Origin: Candidatus Tayloriibacteriota bacterium | Lineage (GTDB): Bacteria; Patescibacteriota; Minisyncoccia; Phycocordibacterales; PALSA-1337 | Reading direction: 5' to 3' | Assembly: GCA_003151615.1 (NCBI GenBank) | Contig: PLXZ01000001.1 | Coordinates: forward strand, 244,318-308,317 | DNA length: 64,000 nucleotides | Notes under the pieces: model-generated | What the model saw: the letters and a program-made list of their open reading frames with translations, nothing else | Database searches by the model: none | Told to the model about the DNA's origin: nothing | Shown: in pieces, positions 47,247 through 57,884 of the stretch | Position numbering within the stretch: position 1 is the first letter of the stretch | Layout: every line of letters starts with the position of its first letter | Position numbers and translations under genes: made by a program

Positions 47247-48962
47247 TTGGCTATGACTCTGGAAGCTTTTAAAGTCGAGGCCGAGACTAAGGAAAATACG
47301 ACAAGTCCGGAAATCGCCGACAAAAGCGAAGGTTTTAAGGATCTCTTGAATAGGGCACGCCGCTGCTATTTTTCGTTTAGCAGATACGATGAAGAAAGTC
47401 GGAATGAGCTTGAAATAAAAAGACTTTTAAGGGAAGGCGGGTCGGAACTTGTTGATTACGTCATTGGGGAAGTCAACGCTGCCATTAAAGATGCAAAGGA
47501 AAACGGGGGAAGAAATCCGAGTAATACCATTTTCCATTTAACCAACGATGTTATGGAGTACGCAGCCACGTTCGCTGATGCCGAAAAAATAGGCAAACTT
47601 GTTCTTGACGATGCAATATGTCTTGACGCTGATGGTTCGACCAAAAGTAATCTACTTCAAATTTTGGATCGCGTCGGCGGAAAGGAAAACATTGAGCAAC
47701 TAAGACTTGCCGCTTTGAAAATTCTTCAAGCCGGAAGAAATCTTGAGTCTAATGCACCGACAGACCAAATGCGCGCGACTGATATGGCGTATACGTTGCT
47801 AAACATCAAACATCGGCTTGTTGATGAAAAAGAAACGGAAGCTGTTGATCGAACATTGGGAGACATAAGCAATGCCCTTATGGACGAAGGTTATAAGCCG
47901 TTGACTGCCGACTGGATTCAGGAAAGGAGTCAAAGAATACAAAATTCAAATTTGGAGGAAAGGTTTGAAGCTGAATTTGTAGAGCACGAGGTGCCGCCTC
48001 CGAGGAGCACAGGGTCGGGCCACTCGATGAATTCTTTCGATGACGGTTGGGATAATTGGGATTCCGATCCTGCAGATCGAAATTACGGAATGGGATCTAC
48101 GCGTGTCGAAGAAGAACACATCTCACCCGAAGTCCGAGAGCAGATTGAAAAGAACATTGAAAAAGTCGATGAGCTGACACTAAAAGAAGAAGTGGCGCCG
48201 ACCGCTCTACCTGCCATTCGATTGCATATGTTTAATTTCCTGCAGAAGAAACCTGAGTCGAGCGAGACTGAGCTTGAAGAAGAATTTGATCGGATGAAAA
48301 AGCTTTCCGACCTTGAAAAAAAATGTGCGGAAAAGAGGAATCCTTTGCCGACGATTGGTATCGAGATTGAGATACCGGGATATATATTGACGGGGCAAAA
48401 GCTTAGCATACTAAGATCTTTCAGTATTCCAAACCATGAAGAAGCCCTCGACAATCTCTGGGAAGTCAATCCGGATTATTCCTACAGCGCCACAACGCAG
48501 TCGCGTATCATTCAGGAGTTGGGGCATCTCGGCGCTATTCCTATTGATAAAGGGACGAAAAAAGTAGATTCCAATGAGCAGCTTTCGATGCATGTCAATT
48601 TCGGTATGCCGGAGGGAATTACGGAAAAAATGTTGGAGAAAACAAAATATAAGGAAAGAATTAAAGTCTTAAATGACCTCATCATTTACGCGTTTACTTC
48701 GCCGGAGCGTCTTTTAGCTAGAAAGACTACCAGATCACTTGAAATAAAAAATGATGCTCTTGCGAGCGAAAAAGGCCCTAAAACGCAACGCAATTCCCGA
48801 TTGAGTGGCAATGCGCGACTCGAATTGCGGGCAGGGGAATTCAGGGATCAGTCGTCGTTTCGAATGCTCACCGAATCCCAGAGACTTATGGCTATGCTTA
48901 TTTCCTATATCAAGTACGCAGAGAAATTTGAGATGACATTTGCCGAGGCTTGTCTGGCTTGA
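47247..48962 (+). CDS. large hypothetical cytoplasmic protein (571 aa), no recognisable domain
   Basis: ORF track; acidic, helical; inserted between two MacAB-like sets. Confidence 0.45.
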   Translation: MAMTLEAFKVEAETKENTTSPEIADKSEGFKDLLNRARRCYFSFSRYDEESRNELEIKRLLREGGSELVDYVIGEVNAAIKDAKENGGRNPSNTIFHLTNDVMEYAATFADAEKIGKLVLDDAICLDADGSTKSNLLQILDRVGGKENIEQLRLAALKILQAGRNLESNAPTDQMRATDMAYTLLNIKHRLVDEKETEAVDRTLGDISNALMDEGYKPLTADWIQERSQRIQNSNLEERFEAEFVEHEVPPPRSTGSGHSMNSFDDGWDNWDSDPADRNYGMGSTRVEEEHISPEVREQIEKNIEKVDELTLKEEVAPTALPAIRLHMFNFLQKKPESSETELEEEFDRMKKLSDLEKKCAEKRNPLPTIGIEIEIPGYILTGQKLSILRSFSIPNHEEALDNLWEVNPDYSYSATTQSRIIQELGHLGAIPIDKGTKKVDSNEQLSMHVNFGMPEGITEKMLEKTKYKERIKVLNDLIIYAFTSPERLLARKTTRSLEIKNDALASEKGPKTQRNSRLSGNARLELRAGEFRDQSSFRMLTESQRLMAMLISYIKYAEKFEMTFAEACLA

Positions 48963-49188
48963 CCTGTGGATGACATTTGAAGACGAAGTTGCCGGATATC
49001 TTGCGGTAGAAACTCCAAAATCGAATCTTGTGGATAGTAACGCTCGTATGGCTGCTGAAAAACTTCGAAAAACCGATCTCAAAGCGTGGTCAAGATTTCT
49101 CGTCTCTGACTATTCGAAAAAAATTGGAAATATCTTAAGAGAAGCTGTTCCGGTATCTTAGAAATTGATGAATTATTCATACCCTGCA

Positions 49189-49236
49189 AATCAAGCAAGC
49201 AAAAAGAGTCCGATTGAGGCGCTGAGGTATGAGTAG
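49189..49236 (+). pseudogene. orphan duplicate of the ABC-permease 3' end (encodes NQASKKSPIEALRYE*)
   Basis: ~46/50 nt identical to 47164-47214; differences are synonymous. Confidence 0.5.
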
Positions 49237-49239
49237 AGG

Positions 49240-50142
49240 CTATTTATCGGACGTCCCCAGTGCGACAATGCCGTGGGAGGGGGCTTCGAGGGCGTAAATC
49301 TTGTAGACATCCATAGCGGTAAGCGAAGCCGAGTACAGCGCGGCGTCATCAATAGCGCCGGCTGTTTTGTACCAATTGCCGCCTATGCCGAATGTGCCGA
49401 CGCCTGCATAGTTTGGTGTTTGTGTCGCTGATCCTATGAAGGTACCATTGACATAAAGAGATATCGTCGAATTACCAGTTCCGTTCGGATATTTCACGGA
49501 GGCGACGATGTTATACCAACTGCCTGATTTACACCTGAAACTTGGCGTTGTTGCTGCTGCCCCTCCATCCGCGGTGCTGAGATTGGCTGATATACTGCAA
49601 ATACCACTTGAATTACCAGCGATTGACGAAAATAAAAGATTGCCGTTGCTACCAAGCCCGACAATGGGCGCGCCCGTTCCACCGAGGCTCGCTGCCGGCT
49701 TGTACCAGACTGACATAGCCCAATTTCCGCCTGATATGGCGTTGTTTATTATCGTCTGGTTTTTAGTGTCTGAACTGCCGCCTAAGTCGAACCCGCCGGA
49801 AGCTTCGGCATAGACAACCGTCAACTGTTTTCCAGTTTTATGAAGATCAGTGTCAGCAGTGATAGAAAAAAAAGTGTAGTTAGGGATAGTAAATGATCCG
49901 CTCACCGTACCGTAGCTCTGAACATTTGTCGGTAAAGTATTTCCCGCATCGTCAAAATCGACATAAACGACACGGGCATCGTACAGGGCACTCTGTGTCT
50001 GACCGGCAAATTCTTCACCCGCAGCGAAACTGGCGCCGCTTCGAGCACTGCTCAGCGACGCCAAAATAATCGACGACAATACAGCGACGATTGAGATGAC
50101 GACCATGAGCTCGATGAGGGTGAAACCTTTTCTGTGCGTCAT
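49240..50142 (-). CDS. prepilin-type N-terminal cleavage/methylation domain protein (type IV pilin/pseudopilin-like)
   Basis: KGFTLIELMVVISIVAVLSSIIL N-terminus. Confidence 0.7.
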   Translation of the reverse strand: MTHRKGFTLIELMVVISIVAVLSSIILASLSSARSGASFAAGEEFAGQTQSALYDARVVYVDFDDAGNTLPTNVQSYGTVSGSFTIPNYTFFSITADTDLHKTGKQLTVVYAEASGGFDLGGSSDTKNQTIINNAISGGNWAMSVWYKPAASLGGTGAPIVGLGSNGNLLFSSIAGNSSGICSISANLSTADGGAAATTPSFRCKSGSWYNIVASVKYPNGTGNSTISLYVNGTFIGSATQTPNYAGVGTFGIGGNWYKTAGAIDDAALYSASLTAMDVYKIYALEAPSHGIVALGTSDK

Positions 50143-50204
50143 AAACTTAATTACAGTCTACCACGGCTCAAATCTCATTCAAGGGGTGTATAGTAACTCG
50201 AAAA

Positions 50205-51425
50205 CTATTCGTATCGGAGCGCTTCAATCGGATTCAAACCGGCGGCGCGTCTCGCAGGATAATATCCGAAAATAATTCCGATGCCGGCAGAAACACAAAA
50301 AGCGAGGATGATGGAACTTGATGTGATGTTGGTGGTGATTCCGGCGAAGGTTGTCGTCAGGTATGACGCCGTGACGCCGAGTATTACGCCTATTATTCCG
50401 CCGATGAATGTCAGCGACACCGCTTCAACCAAAAATTGCGTGCTGATGTCGCTTTTTTTTGCGCCGATTGCCTTGCGTAATCCGATTTCGCGCGTGCGTT
50501 CAGTGACGGTCGTGAGCATCATATTCATAATGCCGATTCCGCCGACCAAAAGAGAAATGCCGGCGACCGCGGCGAGTAAAACAGTGAACGTCGAGGAAAC
50601 GCTCGTGGCCGTAGCGGCGATGTCGGTTTGATTTACGGTGCTGAAATCAGCCGACGCAGGATTGCTTATGCCGTGCCGCGACAATAGAAGCGTTGTAATT
50701 TCCGCCTGCACGTTTGCCATGTCCGCGGTCGTGTCCGCTTCGACGCTGATCGTTGATGCATATTTATTTCCGGTAAAAAGCTGTTGCGCCGTCGTTATCG
50801 GTATGAAAATTTGATCGTCCTGATTGCTGAAGCCCGAGCCGCCCTTCGCCACGGAAACCCCGATGATGGTGAAATCATTTCCGCCGATATTGATTTGTTG
50901 GCCGACCGGTTCCGTTCCCGTTGCGAAAAGATCCGATTCAACCGTAGGGCCGATGATTGCAACTTGCGCGAGCGAAGAGACCTGGCTCGCCGTAAAATAC
51001 GACCCGTCGCCAATCTGCAGATTTCGCACCGCCGGATATTGTTCACTCGTGCCGATCACCGTCGTGCGGGTGTTCATTCCCTGGTATACGACCTGTTTTG
51101 AAGTTTGAACTTCCGGATCAACGGCGACAACGCCCTGCAATTGACCGACAGCCGTAGCGTCGTCATCCGTTAGCGTCTGTGCGGTACCTCTTCCAACGGA
51201 GACAATCGAACCCGGCGTCTGCGTCGCGCCCGGCATTACCAAAATCAAATTCGAGCCGATCGATTGTATGCTGTTTTGAATGGAACTCTGCGAGCCTTCG
51301 CCGATGGCGGTTAGGGCAATGACCGAGCCGATGCCAATGACGATGCCGAGCATGGTCAAGCCGGAGCGGACCTTGTTTGCCAGCAGAGCCGAAGATGTTT
51401 CGTGGTAAATGTCTGATATTGTCAT
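50205..51425 (-). CDS. ABC transporter permease, FtsX/MacB-type (second set)
   Basis: Paralog of 45976-47214; C-terminus …NPIEALRYE. Confidence 0.85.
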   Translation of the reverse strand: MTISDIYHETSSALLANKVRSGLTMLGIVIGIGSVIALTAIGEGSQSSIQNSIQSIGSNLILVMPGATQTPGSIVSVGRGTAQTLTDDDATAVGQLQGVVAVDPEVQTSKQVVYQGMNTRTTVIGTSEQYPAVRNLQIGDGSYFTASQVSSLAQVAIIGPTVESDLFATGTEPVGQQINIGGNDFTIIGVSVAKGGSGFSNQDDQIFIPITTAQQLFTGNKYASTISVEADTTADMANVQAEITTLLLSRHGISNPASADFSTVNQTDIAATATSVSSTFTVLLAAVAGISLLVGGIGIMNMMLTTVTERTREIGLRKAIGAKKSDISTQFLVEAVSLTFIGGIIGVILGVTASYLTTTFAGITTNITSSSIILAFCVSAGIGIIFGYYPARRAAGLNPIEALRYE

Positions 51426-51440
51426 ATTTTTTATAATGGG

Positions 51441-52166
51441 CTAAATCGGGTCGGCGACGTCCGTCCGCGCCTTCGTCGGATGCGGATTTATTTTATCCTC
51501 GACAATTTTTCCGTCGCGGATATGGATGATGCGGTTGGCGTGCATGGCAATATCCGGTTCGTGAGTAATCAAAACGATCGTGCTGCCTTTTTCCTTGTTG
51601 AGCCGTTGAAACGTGCCGAGGACGATTTCGCCGGTCCGAGTGTCGAGATTTCCCGTCGGCTCGTCGGCCAAAATGAGCGATGGGTCATTGACGAGCGCGC
51701 GGGCAATGGCAACGCGCTGGATCTGGCCTCCGGAAAGTTGATTCGACAAATGAAGAAAGTGGCTTTCGTCCAAGCCGGCGCTTTTGAGAGCGGATTTTGC
51801 CCTAACGTCACGCAGTTCGGGCTTCACTCCGGCGTACATGAGAGGCAGGCTGACGTTTCGCAATACCGTCGTGCGGGGAAGAAGGTTAAATGATTGGAAC
51901 ACGAAGCCGATATGATTGCGGCGAATTTCAGCGAGTTCCTCATCGGAAAGAGACGATACATCCTTGCCGTCGAGATGATATGTTCCCGACGTCGGCGTAT
52001 CGAGCGCACCCAAAATATGCATGAGTGTCGATTTTCCGGAACCCGACGGCCCCATAATCGCCACAAATTCGCCGTCTTTTATGGTGAAGCTGATGCCGTC
52101 GACGGCTTTCACTTTTTCTATGCCGGCATTTCCGTATACCTTTGTAATGTTTTTTACTTCAATCAT
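51441..52166 (-). CDS. ABC transporter ATP-binding protein (second set)
   Basis: Walker A, signature [15 protein letters not shown], Walker B. Start at MIEVKNI (ORF extends to 52196). Confidence 0.9.
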   Translation of the reverse strand: MIEVKNITKVYGNAGIEKVKAVDGISFTIKDGEFVAIMGPSGSGKSTLMHILGALDTPTSGTYHLDGKDVSSLSDEELAEIRRNHIGFVFQSFNLLPRTTVLRNVSLPLMYAGVKPELRDVRAKSALKSAGLDESHFLHLSNQLSGGQIQRVAIARALVNDPSLILADEPTGNLDTRTGEIVLGTFQRLNKEKGSTIVLITHEPDIAMHANRIIHIRDGKIVEDKINPHPTKARTDVADPI

Positions 52167-52195
52167 TGTTAATTTTTGGACTTGGCGTTTTTGCA

Positions 52196-54052
52196 TTAAC
52201 CGCCCCTGCCGCCGCCCGCGAATCCACCTCCGCCGCCGCTGACACGGGCTCCGCCTGCTCCTCCAAGACCGCTCAGTATACTCGTTGAAGTTGTTGTTTT
52301 TGCGGCGGTTGCCGTACCGGCAACGGTTTGCGTCACAACGAGATCGCCGGGATTCAAACCGCTGATAATCTGGGTGTTCGTATTGTCGCTCAGTCCGATC
52401 TGCACGATTCTATTCACAACCGAAGTCACCGTGCCGCTGATTGACGTTGAAATTCCCGCACCGGTGCGCGTGCGTGTCGAACTTCCGAACGCATAAGGAT
52501 ATGTTCCGGACGCAATTGTTGTCGATGCGGTTGTACTGCCAAATCCACCACCATAGTTTCCGCGAACGCGCGTTCCGGCACCTGCGCCAGCTGCCGGAGT
52601 GCTCGTCGCTACAGGCCCTGCGGGAATCTGAACATACGAAACGCCGTTCACCGTTTTCACGGCGCTGTTCGGCACAACGAGAACGCTGTTTGCTTCGGCC
52701 GTAATGATGTTTGCGTTGATGCTCATGCCGGCCTTGATGCTCGGATTGTCGTTGCCGAACGAGACGACGACATTGTAGCTGACGACGCCCTGGCTGACGG
52801 TACCCACGACATCTACATCAGTAACCGTACCCGTCGCCGTGACATTCGGAAGGGCATTGAAGGTAATGTTGACCGGATTTCCGACTGAAACTTTCGCTAC
52901 GTTTACTTCGTTCAGAACTATCGTCGATTGATACTGTTTCGTAACGATCGTTCCGATTGGAGTCGAAGGCCCTGCGCTGTCGCCCGGCTGCAAAGTGACA
53001 TTTCCGATGACTCCGTCAAAAGGTGCGGTAATAGTGTAATCGTTATAGGTTGTCTGCGCCTCCTGAAGGGCCAGTTCCGCCGATTGCAATGCGAGGGGAT
53101 TATTCGTACCCTGATCCGCCGTAAAATTCGACTGTGCTTGAATAATTGACTGCGCCGAGCTTTGGATGCTTGTTTGTGCTGACGCGAGACTGGAATTATC
53201 CTGATTGGCGGTTGAAAGCCACGAAGCAACATTATTTTGATCGGTTGTCATGGTATTGGTGCGGCTCGTCGAAGGAGTCTGGTTGATCACATAATTGAGT
53301 GCAAGCGACGTGTTTTTCACCGCAGTCGCGAGATCCTGCGCTATCGTCAATTCCTGCGAAAGGGTGGCGGATATGCCGGTCGTCGAAGCAAGGTTTGTCG
53401 CCAGGTATTCCTGTTGGAAAGCATTGTATTCATTTGTCACTTTGTCGACTGACAACCCGGCTGTCTGCTTATATCCGGTTGCCGTTGAACCGTAACTCCC
53501 CACGGCGGTATCGGTAAAGTAAGAAGAGGTATTTTTTCCGTAAAAAAGATTGTTGAGTCCCGTGACGACCGTATTCATATCATTGTATGCCGATGAAAGG
53601 GTGTTGAAAGCGCTCTGGTACGCCTGCGTCTGCGAAGTTTGCGCATTCGTCAGGGTATTTTGGTCTCCCGTCAATGAAATCGGATTTGAAGTCTGAAGCT
53701 TTTCGAGGGAGATTTTCGTATTTTCAAGACTGTAATATGCATTGGTGCTGTCGAGGGTCGCGAGTACTTGTCCCTTCGTAACCGTATCGCCGTTTTTTAC
53801 ATTGACGGTGAGAACTGTGCCGCTGACCTGCGGGTCGATTGCGAGTTCCTGGGAACTGGAAACCTGTCCGGTGCCCGATACGGTAGTTGCCACGGTCCCT
53901 ATTGTTGCGGGCTTTACCGTATATGTGGTGGCTGTGGCGATATGCGTCGAATGATAATACCAAAAGCCGCCGACAATTACGATTACGGCGACGATTACTG
54001 TCTTTTTATATTTTTTTACGAAATCAAAAATAGCTGTTGTTGTCTTTTTCAT
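52196..54052 (-). CDS. HlyD-family periplasmic adaptor with Thr/Ser-rich region and Gly-rich C-terminal tail
   Basis: N-terminal TM; coiled-coil; C-terminal GGAGGARVSGGGGGFAGGGRGG. Confidence 0.6.
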   Translation of the reverse strand: MKKTTTAIFDFVKKYKKTVIVAVIVIVGGFWYYHSTHIATATTYTVKPATIGTVATTVSGTGQVSSSQELAIDPQVSGTVLTVNVKNGDTVTKGQVLATLDSTNAYYSLENTKISLEKLQTSNPISLTGDQNTLTNAQTSQTQAYQSAFNTLSSAYNDMNTVVTGLNNLFYGKNTSSYFTDTAVGSYGSTATGYKQTAGLSVDKVTNEYNAFQQEYLATNLASTTGISATLSQELTIAQDLATAVKNTSLALNYVINQTPSTSRTNTMTTDQNNVASWLSTANQDNSSLASAQTSIQSSAQSIIQAQSNFTADQGTNNPLALQSAELALQEAQTTYNDYTITAPFDGVIGNVTLQPGDSAGPSTPIGTIVTKQYQSTIVLNEVNVAKVSVGNPVNITFNALPNVTATGTVTDVDVVGTVSQGVVSYNVVVSFGNDNPSIKAGMSINANIITAEANSVLVVPNSAVKTVNGVSYVQIPAGPVATSTPAAGAGAGTRVRGNYGGGFGSTTASTTIASGTYPYAFGSSTRTRTGAGISTSISGTVTSVVNRIVQIGLSDNTNTQIISGLNPGDLVVTQTVAGTATAAKTTTSTSILSGLGGAGGARVSGGGGGFAGGGRGG

Positions 54053-54205
54053 TTTTTAGTGTTTTTTTACCGCCTCAGTATACTACAGTTCATTAGGGCC
54101 TTTTATTTCCAAGCGGTTATTGCTTTTGATTTGACAAAAGACCGCTTTCTGTTATTGTGTGTTTCGGGCAAAAAACAGCAACAAACCAAAACAGCACCTT
54201 GAATT

Positions 54206-54805
54206 TTGTCTATGAAAACGAAAATATTCGAACTGGTGACTTCAAACCGTCACCCGTTGTCAATCGGATTGGCCTGCATTGCGTGCATATCGGTCTTTCT
54301 TGCCGCCGTAATATATGAAGCGTGCCGCCGCCTTTCTCAACGAAAAAAATATGAACGGATTTGCTATCACTGCCATGTCGGCAAGCTTGACCGCAGACAC
54401 GTCAGGGTGAAATTGTCTCCCGATCTGACGGGGAATTTTCTGACGCGGCTTCTGTCGCGCATGGATTATCTCTGCCAGACGCAGGCGACGTGCCTCAATC
54501 CCGAATGTTCGCACAAATGCATTGCGGACAACAAGCTTCTTGGCGTCAAAAAAGGCGACAACATGCCTTTTGCGGAAAAAAGCGAAGTGAAGCAGTGGGG
54601 TTTCAGAAGCCGTCTTACCAGGTTCAAGCAATTGCGCCATACGGTAAAGGCGGAACAGCTTATTTCCAACAGTTATGTTGACAAGGTTCTGAAGGAGCGC
54701 GGCATAAAGCCGAAAGTCCCAAAGGCAGGGCTTACTTTCAGAAAGCAGATTGTCTTGGATCATAAAGCCGAGGAGCCCTTTCACGAGGTGAGTCCGAAAA
54801 AATAA
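54206..54805 (+). CDS. Cys/His-rich hypothetical protein with N-terminal TM helix
   Basis: ORF track; CxxC…CxxC spacing (CYHCHVGK…CLNPECSHKC) suggests a metal-binding fold. Confidence 0.4.
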   Translation: MSMKTKIFELVTSNRHPLSIGLACIACISVFLAAVIYEACRRLSQRKKYERICYHCHVGKLDRRHVRVKLSPDLTGNFLTRLLSRMDYLCQTQATCLNPECSHKCIADNKLLGVKKGDNMPFAEKSEVKQWGFRSRLTRFKQLRHTVKAEQLISNSYVDKVLKERGIKPKVPKAGLTFRKQIVLDHKAEEPFHEVSPKK

Positions 54806-54884
54806 CTGTCATCAAACCAGTTTCAAGCCGTCTCGCAATGAGGCGGCTCTTTCTTTTCCATACCATAATAGTATACTAAATCAA

Positions 54885-56804
54885 ATGCCTCCCCAAAACA
54901 ACAAACAGCACGGCAGAAAACAATCCCCAAAAAATAGCCGTCCGCCGGCGCGCTGGAGCTTCATGACCATGCTGGGCTTCGCTTTTTTGGCGTTGCTGGT
55001 GGTGACCAGCGCGTATTCGTATTTTGTCAGCGGTCCGACAAATGTCGCCAAAATTTCACTAACCGAACTCGCGTCCGATGTTGCCTCGGGAACCGTGGCT
55101 TCAATCGATCAAAATAACAGCGATCTGAGCGCTCAATATAAAAACGGGGAAGTAAAAACGACCGAGGCTGAACCCAATTCTTCTTTGACCGACAGTCTCG
55201 TTCATTACGGCGTGACGCCGGCGGAATTGGCGACGGTGAAGATTACGGTTGAAAGCCCGAGTGGCTTTTGGTTCTGGTTCGAACAGTTTTCGCCGTTCCT
55301 CGGTTCGATTCTCTTTTTGATTTTGCTTGTCTGGTTTTTCACGCGGCAGATGCGCGGGGCGGGAGTTCAAGCTCTTTCTTTCGGCCAATCAAAAGCGCGC
55401 GTAACCATGCCCGACGATACGAAACAGAAAGTCACATTTAAAGACGTTGCGGGCGCCAAGGAAGCAAAGCAGGAGCTGGCCGAGATTGTCGATTTTCTAC
55501 GAAATCCGAAAAAGTTTTTGGATATCGGTGCGGCTATTCCAAAAGGCATCCTGCTCATGGGTCCGGCGGGAACCGGTAAAACATTGCTCGCGCGCGCGGT
55601 GGCGGGGGAGGCCGGCGTCGCGTTTTTCTCGGTTTCCGGATCGGAGTTTGTTGAAATGTTTGTCGGTGTCGGCGCATCGCGCGTCCGAGACCTTTTCAAA
55701 ATGGCAAAGCAGACCGCGCCCGCGATTATTTTCGTCGACGAGATCGACGCCGTCGGACGCGTGCGCGGAACCGGCGTCGGGGGAGGCAATGACGAGCGCG
55801 AACAGACCTTGAACCAGATTCTCGTCGAGATGGACGGCTTCGAGCCGACGGAAAAAGTCATCGTCATGGCCGCGACGAACCGTCCCGATGTTTTGGATCC
55901 GGCACTGCTTCGTCCTGGCCGTTTCGACCGTCGCGTTACCATCGATTTGCCCGACCGCGCCGACCGCGAGGAAATTTTGAAAATACATGCCAAGAAAAAG
56001 CCGTTCGCAGAGGATGTCGATTTAACAGTCATTGCGGAGCGCACGCCCGGTTTTTCAGGCGCCGATCTTTATTCGCTCATGAACGAAGGCGCGATTTTGG
56101 CCGCACGCGAAAATCGCAACAAAGTCGCGCAGTTTGATTTGATACGATCGATTGAAAAAGTCATGCTCGGCCCTGAACGCAAGAGCCATATTTTGAGTAA
56201 AAAAGAAAAAGAGATTACCGCATATCATGAAGCCGGTCATGCACTTATTTCATCGGTTTTGCCGCACGCCGATCCGGTTCATAAAATTTCAATCATTTCG
56301 CGCGGCCGGGCGGCGGGGTATACCCTGCATCTTCCGCTCGAAGATCGCCGATTGCAAAGCAAGAAGCAGTTTCTTGATGATATTGCCGTTTCGCTCGGCG
56401 GATATGTAGTTGAAAAAATGATGTTCGGCGACGTTACGACGGGTCCTTCAAATGATCTCCAGGTTTCGACGGCCTTGGCCCGTGACATGGTCACCAAATA
56501 CGGCATGTCCGACAAATTCGGCGCCCAGGCGTTCGAAGGCAACGAAGGCGGCCGCGCGATGTTTGGCCGAGGGCTCGACGAACACGGCGAATATTCCCAA
56601 AAAGTCAGCGCTGAAATCGACGCCGAAGTTTCCCGCATCATGGCCGAAGCTTTCGCAAAAGCCGAGGAAATCGTCACGACGCATCGTGCCGCGTTGGAAG
56701 CCATCGCAAAACGCCTTGTTGAAGTTGAGACAATCGAACGCGATGAGTATGAAAAAATCATCGTAGCGCACGGGATTCAACCGAAGAGGAAGTTGGAGAT
56801 ATAG
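54885..56804 (+). CDS. ftsH: ATP-dependent zinc metalloprotease FtsH
   Basis: Two TM; AAA Walker A GPAGTGKT, Walker [13 protein letters not shown]; HEAGH zinc motif. Confidence 0.95.
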   Translation: MPPQNNKQHGRKQSPKNSRPPARWSFMTMLGFAFLALLVVTSAYSYFVSGPTNVAKISLTELASDVASGTVASIDQNNSDLSAQYKNGEVKTTEAEPNSSLTDSLVHYGVTPAELATVKITVESPSGFWFWFEQFSPFLGSILFLILLVWFFTRQMRGAGVQALSFGQSKARVTMPDDTKQKVTFKDVAGAKEAKQELAEIVDFLRNPKKFLDIGAAIPKGILLMGPAGTGKTLLARAVAGEAGVAFFSVSGSEFVEMFVGVGASRVRDLFKMAKQTAPAIIFVDEIDAVGRVRGTGVGGGNDEREQTLNQILVEMDGFEPTEKVIVMAATNRPDVLDPALLRPGRFDRRVTIDLPDRADREEILKIHAKKKPFAEDVDLTVIAERTPGFSGADLYSLMNEGAILAARENRNKVAQFDLIRSIEKVMLGPERKSHILSKKEKEITAYHEAGHALISSVLPHADPVHKISIISRGRAAGYTLHLPLEDRRLQSKKQFLDDIAVSLGGYVVEKMMFGDVTTGPSNDLQVSTALARDMVTKYGMSDKFGAQAFEGNEGGRAMFGRGLDEHGEYSQKVSAEIDAEVSRIMAEAFAKAEEIVTTHRAALEAIAKRLVEVETIERDEYEKIIVAHGIQPKRKLEI

Positions 56805-56809
56805 ACATC

Positions 56810-56933
56810 TCGCATAACGGCATGCAGTATGCTTTTCTCGAAAACAGAAATTTTTTGCTAAAAATTTCTTCGGCTTCGTCGCCTTCGCGACTGCAGATGT
56901 TTCTCCAAAAGCATACTGCATGCCGTTATGCGA
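56810..56933 (+). other. 124-nt element with 27-bp near-perfect inverted repeat enclosing an A/T palindrome, just after ftsH
   Basis: CGCATAACGGCATGCAGTATGCTTTTC (56811-56837) pairs with GAAAAGCATACTGCATGCCGTTATGCG (56907-56933). Inner GAAATTTTT-TGC-TAAAAATTTC. Confidence 0.55.
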
Positions 56934-57054
56934 AAGTCTTGTTTCCGAGTATTTTATGATGAGCGCAATTGTAGAAATTACCAAAATAAAAAACCGGCAA
57001 AACAATTTCTTGTTTGCCGGTCATTGAGTTGGATGTGAATACCCTGATTATTTA

Positions 57055-57687
57055 TTAAAGCACCGTTACGAAATAGGTAAGCCATTCGGAACGAATTTTA
57101 TGGAGTTTATGATCCGGGGTTACCATTTGATGCTGCAGAATCTTGAAACCGTTTGATTCGAGGATTTCTGAAAATTCGCCATCTTGATAAAAAGCAAAAA
57201 ACCGCTCGTCATCCTCGGATTGGCCGCGCACCATTCTTTCACCGTCCCCTTTTTTGAGAGCGATGAAACCCGTTCCACCCGGTTTCACCACTTTTTTGAT
57301 CTGGTTGAGCACCGTCCGCACATTCTTTTTGGGAATATGGAGGAGGGAAGCCGCCGCCCAAAATCCGTCGAAAATTCCGGGAGGAAATTCGAGGTCATAC
57401 ATATTCATTTTTAGGAGATGGATTCTGGGGACTAGTTCACGCGCCGCCGCAAGCATTTCATCCGACAGGTCAATGCCGACGTAGTTGAAGAAACGGCTGT
57501 TTGCGAACATCAATGCGTCCCGTCCGGCCCCGCAGCCGATGTCAATTATCTGCCCCCCCTGAGGAAGCAGTTTCTTGAAGACGTCGAATTCAGGCTTCCA
57601 AAAGTTCGGGTCTGCATGAGTTTTGTTTCGCCGTCCGGCGATTTTCTTGTAGGATTCAAGCGTTTTTGTTTCTTCGAGTGTAAGCAT
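57055..57687 (-). CDS. class I SAM-dependent methyltransferase
   Basis: IIDIGCGAGRDA motif I; acidic motif II. Confidence 0.8.
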   Translation of the reverse strand: MLTLEETKTLESYKKIAGRRNKTHADPNFWKPEFDVFKKLLPQGGQIIDIGCGAGRDALMFANSRFFNYVGIDLSDEMLAAARELVPRIHLLKMNMYDLEFPPGIFDGFWAAASLLHIPKKNVRTVLNQIKKVVKPGGTGFIALKKGDGERMVRGQSEDDERFFAFYQDGEFSEILESNGFKILQHQMVTPDHKLHKIRSEWLTYFVTVL

Positions 57688-57884
57688 AATTTTAAAATAG
57701 CGATGATTCCTTTGTGGAATAGGGCTAAAAATACATTACTTTAAAAGTTTGATTGCGTCAATGGCACATGGTAGCCGAAAGAAGTTTTCTATACAAATTC
57801 GTGATTATATTTTATAACCGAAATTTTATCGTTTCTTTAGAAAATCTTCATTAAAATTTCATTTCGGTTTGGTAGGCTATTGGG

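Noticed and set aside
55101-57005. Multiple overlapping ORFs antisense to or out of frame with ftsH (55101-55388, 55367-56044, 55497-55988, 56279-56761, 56448-57005)
   Set aside because: All are embedded in the strongly supported ftsH CDS or its terminator; typical GC-driven spurious frames.
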